From: Minisyncoccia bacterium
GTDB taxonomy: Bacteria > Patescibacteriota > Minisyncoccia > Phycocordibacterales > UBA918
DNA length: 64,000 bases
Reading direction: 5' to 3'
Assembly (NCBI GenBank): GCA_041742075.1
Contig: JBGSJJ010000010.1
Coordinates: forward strand, 165-64,164
The notes under the pieces were generated by a model. That model was not told the DNA's origin. It was given only the letters and a program-made list of their open reading frames with translations, and made no database searches. Position numbers and translations under genes: made by a program. This document shows positions 1 through 9,127 of the stretch, one piece after another (position 1 is the first letter of the stretch; each line of letters starts with the position of its first letter).

Positions 1-166
1 CCGTCACACATTACTGTGCACGCTGCGGTGCCAAACATTTGGTCTCTTTTTGGTTTGGTTTGGATTATCTCAGTCATTTCTGACCGAGAAGGTAACTATG
101 GCTAGGCTGCTTACCCTATAATCGTTCCAATCCGTCGAGTGCACTATTTATTAGATAGCGTACTCG
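1..166 (-). other. 5' part of an intron/insertion in 23S rRNA at about E. coli position 1931 (continues beyond window start)
   Basis: On the minus strand the 23S reads AACTATAATCGTTCTAAGGT and then switches to non-rRNA sequence (CGAGTACGCT...) instead of the conserved AGCG-AATTCC. L1931 is a known group I intron site. Confidence 0.75.
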
Positions 167-358
167 ACCTTAGAACGATTATAGTTATCGCTGACATTTA
201 CCGGGGCTTATATAGTCCAGCAATACAATCCGAAGATCATATCACCCCCCATATTTAACCTTCCGGCATAGGTCAGGCGTCACCCCCTATACATCCTCTT
301 GCGAGTTCGCAGGGAGCTGTGTTTTTGGTAAACAGTCGGCAGGAAATCTTTCGCTGCG

Positions 359-626
359 GCCCAATACACCACTTTAGCCTCAACCCCGTGGGGGATGTGG
401 CCAAAGAGCTTGTTCACGGTGACGATGAGACGAGCTTGAGTTCGTCGTCACCGTAATTGATCATCATGACTCTCGTAGTCCTGTGTCTCTTATCGTAGTA
501 GAAGAGGTCCAGTCTGACGAGCTTGCCGTCAATCCTTACTTCTTCTACACTCGTGACTTCACCAACCATGAGGTCGATCATGTGTATTTTCTCCCACTTT
601 GTTGAGGACAAAGTGGTGTATTGGGC
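359..626 (-). other. Intervening sequence replacing 23S helix 63, closed by a 17-bp perfect stem
   Basis: gcccaatacaccacttt (359-375) and aaagtggtgtattgggc (610-626) are perfect inverted repeats enclosing non-rRNA sequence. Confidence 0.85.
414..581 (-). CDS. 55-aa ORF inside the 23S rRNA insertion
   Basis: GGGAG SD-like site before ATG. MIDLMVGEVTSVEEVRIDGKLVRLDLFYYDKRHRTTRVMMINYGDDELKLVSSSP lies wholly within the stem, on the rRNA sense strand. Confidence 0.6.
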   Translation of the reverse strand: MIDLMVGEVTSVEEVRIDGKLVRLDLFYYDKRHRTTRVMMINYGDDELKLVSSSP

Positions 627-1847
627 AGACCTTATCCCTAAGTTACGGTCGCTTTTTTGCCGAGTTCCTTGAGGACCTCTCACTCGTTCGCCTTAGTCTT
701 CTCGACTCTACCACCTGTGTCGGTTTGCGGTACGGAATCAATACGTTTATGCTTAGAAGTTTTTCTCGGAAGCGTGCTCCCCACATTCGCTTGGCCGAAG
801 CCGCACGTTCAGACTCACCTCGGAGTAATGCTACGCGGATTTGCCTACGTAACCTCCTCAATGCTCCAGCTCCAATCCAATAAGAAGCTGTGGATACAAC
901 GCTCCGTCCCTCCATCGCAACGCATCAATGTGCAGGAATATTAACCTGCTATCCATCGAGTCCCCCTATCGGGATTCCCTTAGGACCGACTAACCCTCCG
1001 CTGATCACCATAGCGGAGGAAACCTCGGTATTTCGGCGGACGGGGGTCTCACCCGTCTTGCGGTTACTTGTGCCGGCATTCTCACTTCTGTACGCTCCAG
1101 GTCGGGTCTCCCCTCCCATTCATCGCAAACAGAACGCTCTCCTACCACTTATATCTTACGATACAAATCCGCAGTTTCGGTAATATGCTTGAGCCCCGAT
1201 CATCTTCGGCGCAAGGACTCTCGATCAGTGAGCTGTTACGCTTTCTTTAAAAGATGGCTGCTTCTAAGCCAACTTCCTGATTGTCAGAGAATCCTCACCT
1301 CCTCATTTTGCACTGAGCATATATTTAGGGACCTTAACTGGCGATCTGGGCTGTTTCCCTTTCGACCAATGGAGCTTCTCCCCCATAGTCTAACTGCCGC
1401 GCTGTGGCCTACTGGTATTCGGAGTTTGATAAGAGTAACGAGATTTCTCCCTGTTTACTCTTTCCAGTGCTCTACCCCCAGAGGGAACACGCGACGCCAA
1501 CCCAAAAGCTGTTTCGGAGAGAACCAGCTATTACGGAATTCGATAAGCTTTTCACTCCTTACCACAAGTCATCCGATAGTTTTGTACGGCTAACCGGTTC
1601 GGGCCTCCACGAAGTATTACCTTCGCTTCACCCTGCTCATGGCAAGCTCATCCCGCTTCGGGTCGTACCCCTGCCCTATATTCGCGCTATTCACGCTCGC
1701 TTTCACTGTGCCTCCGTGGGGTTACCACTTAGACAAAGGACAAAGGTACACTCGCCGGCTCATTCTTCAATAGGCACGCCGTCGCAGCTTGCGCCGCTCC
1801 GACTCCTTGTAGATGTATGGTTTCAGATCTATTTCACTCCCCTCTCC

Positions 1848-1893
<46 letters not shown>

Positions 1894-2118
1894 TTCAAGA
1901 ATATTTAGCCTTAGGAGTTAGTGCTCCCAGATTCATTCGAGCCATTCATGTCTCGAACTACTCAGGAACGGAATCAGGAGAGTTGTATACATTTCGAATA
2001 CAGGACTATTACCTTCTGGGGTCGAGCTTCCCAACTCGTTTTCCTATATATACATTTTGTAACTCTCTGCAACTAAATGCAGACTCCGCCCTACAACCCC
2101 GTACATGTAAACACGTAC

Positions 2119-2150
<32 letters not shown>

Positions 2151-2165
2151 TTCAGGGAATCGCAA

Positions 2166-2231
2166 GAACCTTCTTCCTGACTACAATGGCACACGTATTG
2201 CTACGTGTAGTGTAAGTCAGAAAGAAAGTTC
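2166..2231 (-). other. About 65-nt hairpin expansion in 23S domain I
   Basis: RNA strand GAACUUUCUUUCUGAC...ACACGUA-GCAA-UACGUGU...GUCAGGAAGAAGGUUC, inserted between conserved flanks near E. coli position 220. Confidence 0.7.
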
Positions 2232-3090
2232 CCGATTTTGCTTTCTATTCCTCCAGGTACTGAGATGTTTCACTTCCCTGGGTGAGCTCCGACGTACGTC
2301 GGTTACTACTGATAGTAGTAGAGTTTCCTCATTCGGACATTTCCGGTTATAACGGTTGATTGGCACCTTACCGGAACTTATCGCAGCCATTCCACGTCCT
2401 TCATCGCTTCTTGAAGCCTAGGCATCCACCATACACCCTTACATTCCTGTAAGGAATGTTGTACACCGCTTTCGCAGTAACTTTCATTCACCTACATAAT
2501 GCTGTACACCGCTGTACAATTTTTTGAGTGTTTTGTCATTCGTTCTAAAAAATACGTAATTAGAATCGAACAACGGTTTGTTTTGCTTGTTGTGTGTTGC
2601 GGGACGAAAAGACCCGGTACGAATACCTAAAATCTAAACCGCAACACACTACCTACCTGCGCACTGTCGATGTGCGCAGGATTTTTATGAGTTGCACACC
2701 TGCTCTATCCTAGAGAACAGATGTGCGAGTATGCAATTGTATATTTTTCAATACAACCATTCGTCACGAAACTAAACGCCAAAGCGTCAAGCTAGTTTAG
2801 GAGTCTGTATGCAAAGCATACAGACAATCTTCGCTCGGTTATACGGAAGCGAATACGCTTCCCTTATCATCACTCGAATAAAAAATGAAAGTAAACTTTA
2901 ATTTTTTACTCTTGCTCGATAAGGCACAGGCTTCGCTTGTGCAACCCTCGCTCAAAATGTCTGTCAAATAAACAATTGTTCCGTTGCAAATCTAGTACTT
3001 AAAAACCCGCGAATCGCGGGCGCACGAAGTTAATCCGTATTTCCGCGAAAACTAGGTGATTAAGGTGAAATGCATAAACAAGTGCTCGCT

Positions 3091-3118
3091 ATTCTATAGG
3101 AAGTGAAAAATAAGTCAA
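3091..3118 (-). promoter_or_regulatory. Sigma70-type promoter of the unlinked 23S gene
   Basis: TTGACT-16nt-TAGAAT on the minus strand, about 640 nt upstream of the 23S. Confidence 0.7.
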
Positions 3119-3189
3119 GCGTCCTTACTGGATAGAACAGTAACTGATACTGATGGCAGGAAACCCGTAGTAGTTTCTGGCACATTTAA

Positions 3190-3218
3190 TTGACAAATGT
3201 GTTAATATATGCTATTAT
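3190..3218 (+). promoter_or_regulatory. Sigma70-type promoter
   Basis: TTGACA-17nt-TATTAT. Confidence 0.75.
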
Positions 3219-3244
3219 ATTATAGTCAAACAGGGAGTTCAGAC

Positions 3245-3343
3245 ATGAAAAAGATTCGGTTCCTTCTGGTCGCTGTTGCCGTCACAGCGCTCTTCGCCAT
3301 CCCCTTCGCGATGGACGGCATGCGGGGCGTCATCTTCGGCTGA
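3245..3343 (+). CDS. 32-aa hydrophobic peptide (MKKIRFLLVAVAVTALFAIPFAMDGMRGVIFG)
   Basis: Consensus promoter, GGGAG SD, ATG...TGA and a downstream hairpin at 3404-3431. Below the size cutoff of the ORF track. Confidence 0.7.
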   Translation: MKKIRFLLVAVAVTALFAIPFAMDGMRGVIFG

Positions 3344-3400
3344 CGCCTTCCGGCGCGGGCACACACTTCAGTGTTGCCCGCGCCGAATTTTTTACTTTAT

Positions 3401-3434
3401 AAAAAGCGGGGCGGCCAAAGGCCGCCCCGCTCTT
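3401..3434. terminator. Probable bidirectional terminator
   Basis: agcggggcggcc-aaa-ggccgccccgct between convergent genes. Confidence 0.7.
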
Positions 3435-3440
3435 ACCCTC

Positions 3441-4352
3441 CTACTCACCACTCACGCGCCTACCAGCCTGTATACCTGTGATTTCACTTCTATGCTCTGC
3501 TTCATGAGCAAGAACTTCGCTATAGATAACCTTTACAATTATGTCTTCTGCCTTAACGGTGTAGTGTTCAAGCGTTACCTCAAGCTGACAGTCAGTATGC
3601 CACTGCTTCATAGTGAGTACCCGTAGAAATATTTTTTCCTTAGAGACAAGCGAGCCACAACTCGTGAGAAGTGCTTCCTTAAGTCTCTCTTCGAGCGAAG
3701 ACAACGGATGCATCGCTTCGTTCGGGAGAGAAAACGGAATAATGAGACAACGACTTTTTGTCTTACTGTAATTAATTACTTCACTGCCAATGAAGCGGGT
3801 GTTTGGAATGAAAAGCAAATTACCATCATCAGTCTTGATGGTGGTCGCCCTGAAAGAAATATTTATGATGGTACCGCGCGCTGTCTCCCCCACCTTCACG
3901 TAGTTTCCAATCCGATAATCCGGCGAAAACATAAGCCGGAAGCTATCCAAATAGTTTGAGATGTGATCTCTAAAGATAAGAACCAGGGCAACTGCTACCA
4001 AGCTAATTGAAGTCAAAAACTCTTGGAATGCTATGTCGAGTATGACAAGTGCACCGATAAATGTCACAAACACCGTCACGAGTTTTTCAAGTGAATCAGT
4101 GCCTAAAATAAAGTTGTCCCGGTCGCTGATAGCAAGCTTATTGCGGGTTCGGTACGAACTCACCATAAATGACCGTATGACACCGAGTATGAGTGCGGCA
4201 GACAGGTAGAGTTGGACTACCTCCCAAAACTCAATTGGTAAGTAGTTACCGAGTAGGTTGAAAGCCATAGCAAAGGTAACAGCTACGAGTATCAGTAACT
4301 GCACAAACAGCTTAAACTTTCGACGCGGACTGATGAGTAAAAAAGAATTCAT
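3441..4352 (-). CDS. mscS: MscS-family mechanosensitive channel
   Basis: TM helices followed by YRIGNYVKVGETARGTIINISFRATTIKTDDGNLLFIPN. Confidence 0.85.
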   Translation of the reverse strand: MNSFLLISPRRKFKLFVQLLILVAVTFAMAFNLLGNYLPIEFWEVVQLYLSAALILGVIRSFMVSSYRTRNKLAISDRDNFILGTDSLEKLVTVFVTFIGALVILDIAFQEFLTSISLVAVALVLIFRDHISNYLDSFRLMFSPDYRIGNYVKVGETARGTIINISFRATTIKTDDGNLLFIPNTRFIGSEVINYSKTKSRCLIIPFSLPNEAMHPLSSLEERLKEALLTSCGSLVSKEKIFLRVLTMKQWHTDCQLEVTLEHYTVKAEDIIVKVIYSEVLAHEAEHRSEITGIQAGRRVSGE

Positions 4353-4494
4353 ACAATGAATACCATTGTACTACATCTACTCATGACCTATCGATATGGT
4401 CGGTGACCAGTAATTTACATATACCTGCAGACTTGCTAGTATCAAAACCAATTGCTCACCTGTTCCTTGTAAATAAATCCGAAGGAGGACCGTT

Positions 4495-5712
4495 ATGGAA
4501 GACACTACTGGTTATGTCGTCAGACTGCCCGATGGCAAGTATGTCACTATCCACCACACACCGCAGCATTGGTGGAATGAACCAAGACACGTCGGCTACA
4601 TTGCTCCCGAGTTGCTGGCTCCAGACCTTGACCAGCCGCGACAGGAAATGGTTGAAAGCGAGCTCGAAGAACTTCAGATCGCTATAGCTGCAGCCGGAGT
4701 GCGTGAACCCATCACGGTAACTTTGCGTCAGTGCGCACCGTGGATTCGCGTCGAACCACAGTACGAAAACCGACCGTTCGCAATCGTGAGCGGCCACCGA
4801 CGCCACCTGAGCGCAACGAGAGCTGGCGTCCCGGCGGTACCGGTTAGAGTCGTACTCTACGACAACGAGACGCAACACCGCGACGATGCGGTGTTGCTCA
4901 ATGGGCAACGTCACGACATGTCGCCTATGGATGAAGCCCGGGACATCAAGCGCCGACTGACGCTCGGTGAAAGACCAGAAGCTATTGCGCGCTCATACGG
5001 CAAGAACAACGTTTCGTGGGTGCATAGCCGAAACGCGCTCAACAACCTAGCTCCAGCACTCCAAGCACTGCTCAACCCAACGCTAACTCGAGAGAAGCAG
5101 CTGCCGGTTGTTGTGGCTATCAGGCTCGGCAGCATCAAGAAGCCCTCCCCCGCCAGCATCGCTGAATTCTGCGACGAGTACGACCTCACCCAGCCCAGAG
5201 AGCTCGGTGACACCGAAGAAGAGCTGGCACACACCATGCAACTCCTCATGTACGAAGTGATACAGGGACAGAAGATGACGGCCATCGTCGCGTGCCATTT
5301 CGTCGAGAATACTCGGCGAGCTACCGGGTCTGGAGCTCGTGCGACTCACAAGAGTGAGAAGTACGAGCCTCGCAAGCGTGTGGAGGCACTCCTCAACTAC
5401 CTCAAGTCAATATCCCAAGGACTGCCAACGACGTGGAGCGGCGCTGAGTTTACTCGTATCTGCGCTGGGCAGACGAGACTACAAATGGGTGAACACCTCG
5501 CTCTCGCCCTCGAGGCAGGAAAAAGCCTCGTCGAGATCATCGAGCACCTCGAAACAATCGAACGGAGCAAGCCTCACTTCGACGAGAGAATCACGGCGTT
5601 GCTGACTGCACCGGTTGCACCTGTACAGAAGTTCACACCGCGCGCAAGAACTATGGCTGACATGCCTCCCGAGGAGGTGGCAGCTATCAAGGCTCGCCTC
5701 GGCCTCAGGTAA
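4495..5712 (+). CDS. ParB/Spo0J-like protein (ParB N-terminal domain plus HTH)
   Basis: GVREPITV...IVSGHRR motif, LLNGQRHDMSPMDEA, HTH. GGAGG SD and a terminator at 5727-5762. Confidence 0.8.
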   Translation: MEDTTGYVVRLPDGKYVTIHHTPQHWWNEPRHVGYIAPELLAPDLDQPRQEMVESELEELQIAIAAAGVREPITVTLRQCAPWIRVEPQYENRPFAIVSGHRRHLSATRAGVPAVPVRVVLYDNETQHRDDAVLLNGQRHDMSPMDEARDIKRRLTLGERPEAIARSYGKNNVSWVHSRNALNNLAPALQALLNPTLTREKQLPVVVAIRLGSIKKPSPASIAEFCDEYDLTQPRELGDTEEELAHTMQLLMYEVIQGQKMTAIVACHFVENTRRATGSGARATHKSEKYEPRKRVEALLNYLKSISQGLPTTWSGAEFTRICAGQTRLQMGEHLALALEAGKSLVEIIEHLETIERSKPHFDERITALLTAPVAPVQKFTPRARTMADMPPEEVAAIKARLGLR

Positions 5713-5925
5713 GCGGCACAAAGCAAGGCGTGGACGACTCATAGTCGTCCACGCCGCTTTTTATTTATACTTGTTTAACGACGAGGTAGTTCGTCTTTAA
5801 CGCCGATTTTATTGAATGAAGAAATGAGCGCCAGCGATTATTCTGAATTTATGTCCTGATTTTTTCTTCCCAGAGAAAATCACTGGACCAAGACAAGTAA
5901 AGCTATATTAATGAATCCAATAGGG

Positions 5926-6552
5926 TTACCGACGCGGTAGTTCGTCTTTAACCCCGATTTTATCTGTCAAAATCTGATGTGGGTAGTCAAACACATCACG
6001 CGTGAGTTTGTCGTACATACCAACTCGGTACTTCAAGTCCTCTGACTCCATCGCCGAATAACGGATTTCTACTCCAAGCTCTGACTCAAGGGAACGTATT
6101 GCAGTTTCGACTTTTGATTGTGATAGTTTTTTTGTAGCGAGGAGTAAATCAAGCCGTTGGTCAAAGTCACGTAAGAAAATTCCTGACACCACCACAAAAT
6201 CAACTTTACCGAGCTTGCGTAAATGGTTCATCACGGTCTTCCCATTTATCGGCGCAGTTTCAAACAGGAATGTTTGAAGGGCCTGGAGTTCTGGAAAACT
6301 TTTATCAAGCGCGTAGCCTTGGGCTTTTCGCTTTTTTTCGGTGTCTGGCTCAGTGATGATGATTTGCTTCTTCTTAATCACGCCGGCTCGTTCGAGCGCA
6401 TTCATCTCCGTCCGGGCAGTTCGGCGCACCAACTTTGCCCGACGAGAAATTTCGTCAAAGGTGAAATCTTTTGATGGGTTAAAGAGAAAAAACCGCAGAA
6501 GTTTAACTCGGGCTTGGCTTCCAAACAGGATTGTAAGCGGATCGGCTACCAT
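5926..6552 (-). CDS. Conserved hypothetical protein: winged HTH plus degenerate nucleotidyltransferase-like domain
   Basis: LFGSQARVKLLRFF N-terminus and VVSGIFLRDFDQRLDLLL, a pattern recurrent in Parcubacteria. Confidence 0.6.
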   Translation of the reverse strand: MVADPLTILFGSQARVKLLRFFLFNPSKDFTFDEISRRAKLVRRTARTEMNALERAGVIKKKQIIITEPDTEKKRKAQGYALDKSFPELQALQTFLFETAPINGKTVMNHLRKLGKVDFVVVSGIFLRDFDQRLDLLLATKKLSQSKVETAIRSLESELGVEIRYSAMESEDLKYRVGMYDKLTRDVFDYPHQILTDKIGVKDELPRR

Positions 6553-6672
6553 ACAAGAAATAGTGTCTGGATTATAGCATGCAGAGGTTTTCCCCAGTCT
6601 GGACACATTTTAGACGTGTGTTGCAGTCAACACACGATGTTGTATAGTTGGCTAAGATAGACGAAGAAAAGG

Positions 6673-6900
6673 ATGCCCAATGCAAGGCAATACTCTTAAT
6701 CGCACCAAATCGACCGCCGGGAGCGCGAAATTATCGCTCGAACGCTCGCCAACACATCAAAACCGAGAGACATGCAGGACTTGGAATGGCTCAGACACCT
6801 CTGGATTCAGACCTTCTGCAATCTAGATAAGTTTTCGCGACACAGCAAGTCCGCGCAAGAACACAGGCGACAAAGGCGAAAAAGGTTCTTAGGGCTTTGA
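6673..6900 (+). pseudogene. Possible small pseudogene with an in-frame TAA at 6697
   Basis: ATG 6673, MPNARQYS*SHQIDRREREIIARTL...RFLGL; hairpin follows at 6925-6956. Confidence 0.25.
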
Positions 6901-6961
6901 AGCACAGCACGCAGAATGAAACGAAAAAACCGGGAGCGTTTGCGCCTCCGGTTTTCACTTG

Positions 6962-6998
6962 CCAAAATAAAAACCCCTATTCGGGGTTCTTATTTTGG
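6962..6998 (-). terminator. Terminator of rplJ-rplL, lying after the second copy of the rplL end
   Basis: ccaaaataaaaacccc-tattc-ggggttcttattttgg. Confidence 0.65.
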
Positions 6999-7008
6999 AC
7001 TAAGAAAT

Positions 7009-7195
7009 TTATTTCAATGTCACCTTAGCTCCTCGCAAGTTACTAAGTGTTCTCAGTAGCTTTGCTACCTGCGAGCACTAAGTACTTGTCGACACGGCTC
7101 GCTGTTCGTTGCTCTAGGAAAAGAGCAACTCACAACGCTCCGCCCCTGGAGCCTTGGTAACCCTTAAAACTATTTAAGGGTTACCTTGGCTCCAG
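7009..7195 (-). repeat. Structured insert with duplicated rplL 3' end
   Basis: GAKVTLK* is encoded at both 7170-7193 and 7009-7032. A 23-bp inverted repeat lies at 7146-7168 / 7173-7195. Confidence 0.85.
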
Positions 7196-7598
7196 CTTCT
7201 TCGAGCTTTGCCTTGAGAGCTTCAGCGTCTTCCTTCTTCATTCCTTCCTTTACGATAGCTGGAGCACCGTCTACCATGTCCTTCGCTTCTTTAAGGCCGA
7301 GACTAAGTACTTCCTTAACTACCTTGATAACAGCAATCTTCTGAGCGCCACCGTCTGTAAGTTCTACAGCGAATTCTGACTGCTCTTCTGCTGCCTCACC
7401 TGCTGCTGCTGGACCGGCTACTGCTACTGCAGCTGCTGATACACCGAACTTCTTCTCAAATACCTTTACGAGTTCGTGTAGTTCAAGCACACTCATGTTT
7501 TCTACTTCTTCTACAATCTTCTTGAACTTCGCTGGTACTTCTACTGTTTCTTCTGCTACTACTTCTGGAGTAGTTTCTACTGTTGTTTCTTCTGACAT
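7170..7598 (-). CDS. rplL: 50S ribosomal protein bL12 (L7/L12)
   Basis: [27 protein letters not shown]...[11 protein letters not shown]. Confidence 0.98.
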   Translation of the reverse strand: MSEETTVETTPEVVAEETVEVPAKFKKIVEEVENMSVLELHELVKVFEKKFGVSAAAVAVAGPAAAGEAAEEQSEFAVELTDGGAQKIAVIKVVKEVLSLGLKEAKDMVDGAPAIVKEGMKKEDAEALKAKLEEAGAKVTLK

Positions 7599-7654
7599 AA
7601 GAATTTATTTAAGCTTCTGAATATATAATTTTCTAAAATTTATAAATTAGCAGA

Positions 7655-7752
7655 TTGCCCGAGATGCGCGAAGCACAAAGAAATTTTTTGCGAGTCGTAT
7701 AAAAATACGGTGAGAAAAAATTTCTGTAGTGCGACAAAGCAGATTGGGTAAT
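7655..7752 (+). repeat. Structured repeat AGATGC...ACAAAGCAG, copy 1
   Basis: ttgcccgagatgcg...cgtat-aaaa-atacggtga...gcgacaaagcagattgggtaa. Confidence 0.7.
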
Positions 7753-7760
7753 ATGATAAT

Positions 7761-8246
7761 TTATGCCTTTTTTTCTGCCACCGCGTTGAGTGCAAGTACC
7801 AATCCCTGAATCGGTGAGTTGATTACATTGACGAACATGCCTCGGAGTACTGGAAGAGCTGGAATAGACGCGATTTCGGTCATTTCTGCCTGGTTCTTGT
7901 ATACACCCTGAAACACACCACCAACAATCGCAATATTTTCCTTGTACTTTGCACTAAACTCCTTCACGTTTTGTGCGGGAGCAATTGCGTCAGTACTGTA
8001 GGCTACAGCGATTTCACCATCAAGCGTTGGAATAGTTCCAGTGAACTTTCCATCAAATGCTCGAGCGATAAGTGTCTTCTTTGCTACGAAGTAGCCAACA
8101 CCTTCTGAACGCAACTTAGCGCGCATGCCAGTATTGTCCTTACCTTTCATTCCCTTGAACTTTACAAACACGATTGAGTCAGACTCATTCTTGATTGTTT
8201 CTAGCTTAGCGAGAATATCGGTCTTTTTTGCTTTTGTAATTGCCAC
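7761..8246 (-). CDS. rplJ: 50S ribosomal protein uL10
   Basis: AITKAKK...YFVAKKTL...IASIP; probable GTG start at 8246; upstream of rplL. Confidence 0.95.
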   Translation of the reverse strand: MAITKAKKTDILAKLETIKNESDSIVFVKFKGMKGKDNTGMRAKLRSEGVGYFVAKKTLIARAFDGKFTGTIPTLDGEIAVAYSTDAIAPAQNVKEFSAKYKENIAIVGGVFQGVYKNQAEMTEIASIPALPVLRGMFVNVINSPIQGLVLALNAVAEKKA

Positions 8247-8344
8247 AGTAAATTTTTGTTTTCGTGATAAATAACAGGCCCAAAGTTGTGTCAGAACTGA
8301 CACAACGTTAGGCTTCGACCTTCCACTATCAATAAGAGATATAT

Positions 8345-8422
8345 GGACCTCGGCGGGTATACCTACGGCTGTAGGTGGATTACGGTAGAGCGACCCTCTA
8401 CCACCAGCTGTCTTGAGCCTGC
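8345..8422 (-). promoter_or_regulatory. L10 leader (rplJ autoregulatory RNA)
   Basis: AAGACAGCTGGTG...CCCGCCGAGG signature upstream of rplJ. Confidence 0.75.
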
Positions 8423-8463
8423 GTACGCGCTACTATACCAGAAATGTAAAAAAATCCAACCCC

Positions 8464-8488
8464 TATCCCGAGGTCGGACCTCGGGATA
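8464..8488. repeat. REP-like perfect palindrome
   Basis: tatcccgaggtc-g-gacctcgggata, 12-bp arms with a 1-nt spacer. Confidence 0.6.
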
Positions 8489-8493
8489 AATTA

Positions 8494-8979
8494 CTAACCT
8501 TCTACCTCCTTTTTTAACTGTTCAGCTTTCCAGCCAACCATATTTGCGAGGAGTTGAATAAAAGTCGCCACACCAGCCACAGCGAGCACCAGCGTCGGGA
8601 AGTGCGCGACAGGTGTGAGTAGATAGAAAAAAGCTATAGTCGAAGCCGACCAAACACCAAAGCACCATGGGCAAGAAAAGAGGTCAGCCAGAGTCCGTCT
8701 CGGACCTGTCTTTGGCTTTACGAGCGAAACCTTCCCTCCTCTGGCAGACACTTCGGCGTCGAGAAATTGTTCACGGATAAACTTTGTCATAGCGTCATAG
8801 ACAAACAGTCGCGTCATACGAAACGAAGCCAGGGTGATTAGTGCGATGTCGTAAATAGTCAGTGTCTCGCGTGTCAGGTACGCTTCAGTATCAAGAATTA
8901 TCATACCCATCACAAACAGCCCGAGGAAAAAAGCTCCAAACACGACATTCCAAAAGTACTGATCAGTGATACGAATCAT
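8494..8979 (-). CDS. DUF1360-family membrane protein
   Basis: LASFRMTRLFVYD and LFSCPWCFGVW motifs. Confidence 0.75.
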   Translation of the reverse strand: MIRITDQYFWNVVFGAFFLGLFVMGMIILDTEAYLTRETLTIYDIALITLASFRMTRLFVYDAMTKFIREQFLDAEVSARGGKVSLVKPKTGPRRTLADLFSCPWCFGVWSASTIAFFYLLTPVAHFPTLVLAVAGVATFIQLLANMVGWKAEQLKKEVEG

Positions 8980-9127
8980 AAAAAATGCTAGGACATGAAC
9001 CTTCCTACCAGGAGAATCAAACCAAGCGTTACCGTAATAATAGCAATAAACCGGAACAATTGGCTATAGAAGTTCTTGTTCAATATTTTCACACTAGTAG
9101 TATACCGTAGATTAGATTAATTTTAAT

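Noticed and set aside
7600-7640. GAA GCT TAA as a second rplJ end
   Set aside because: Only 2 codons in AT-rich sequence; chance is likely.
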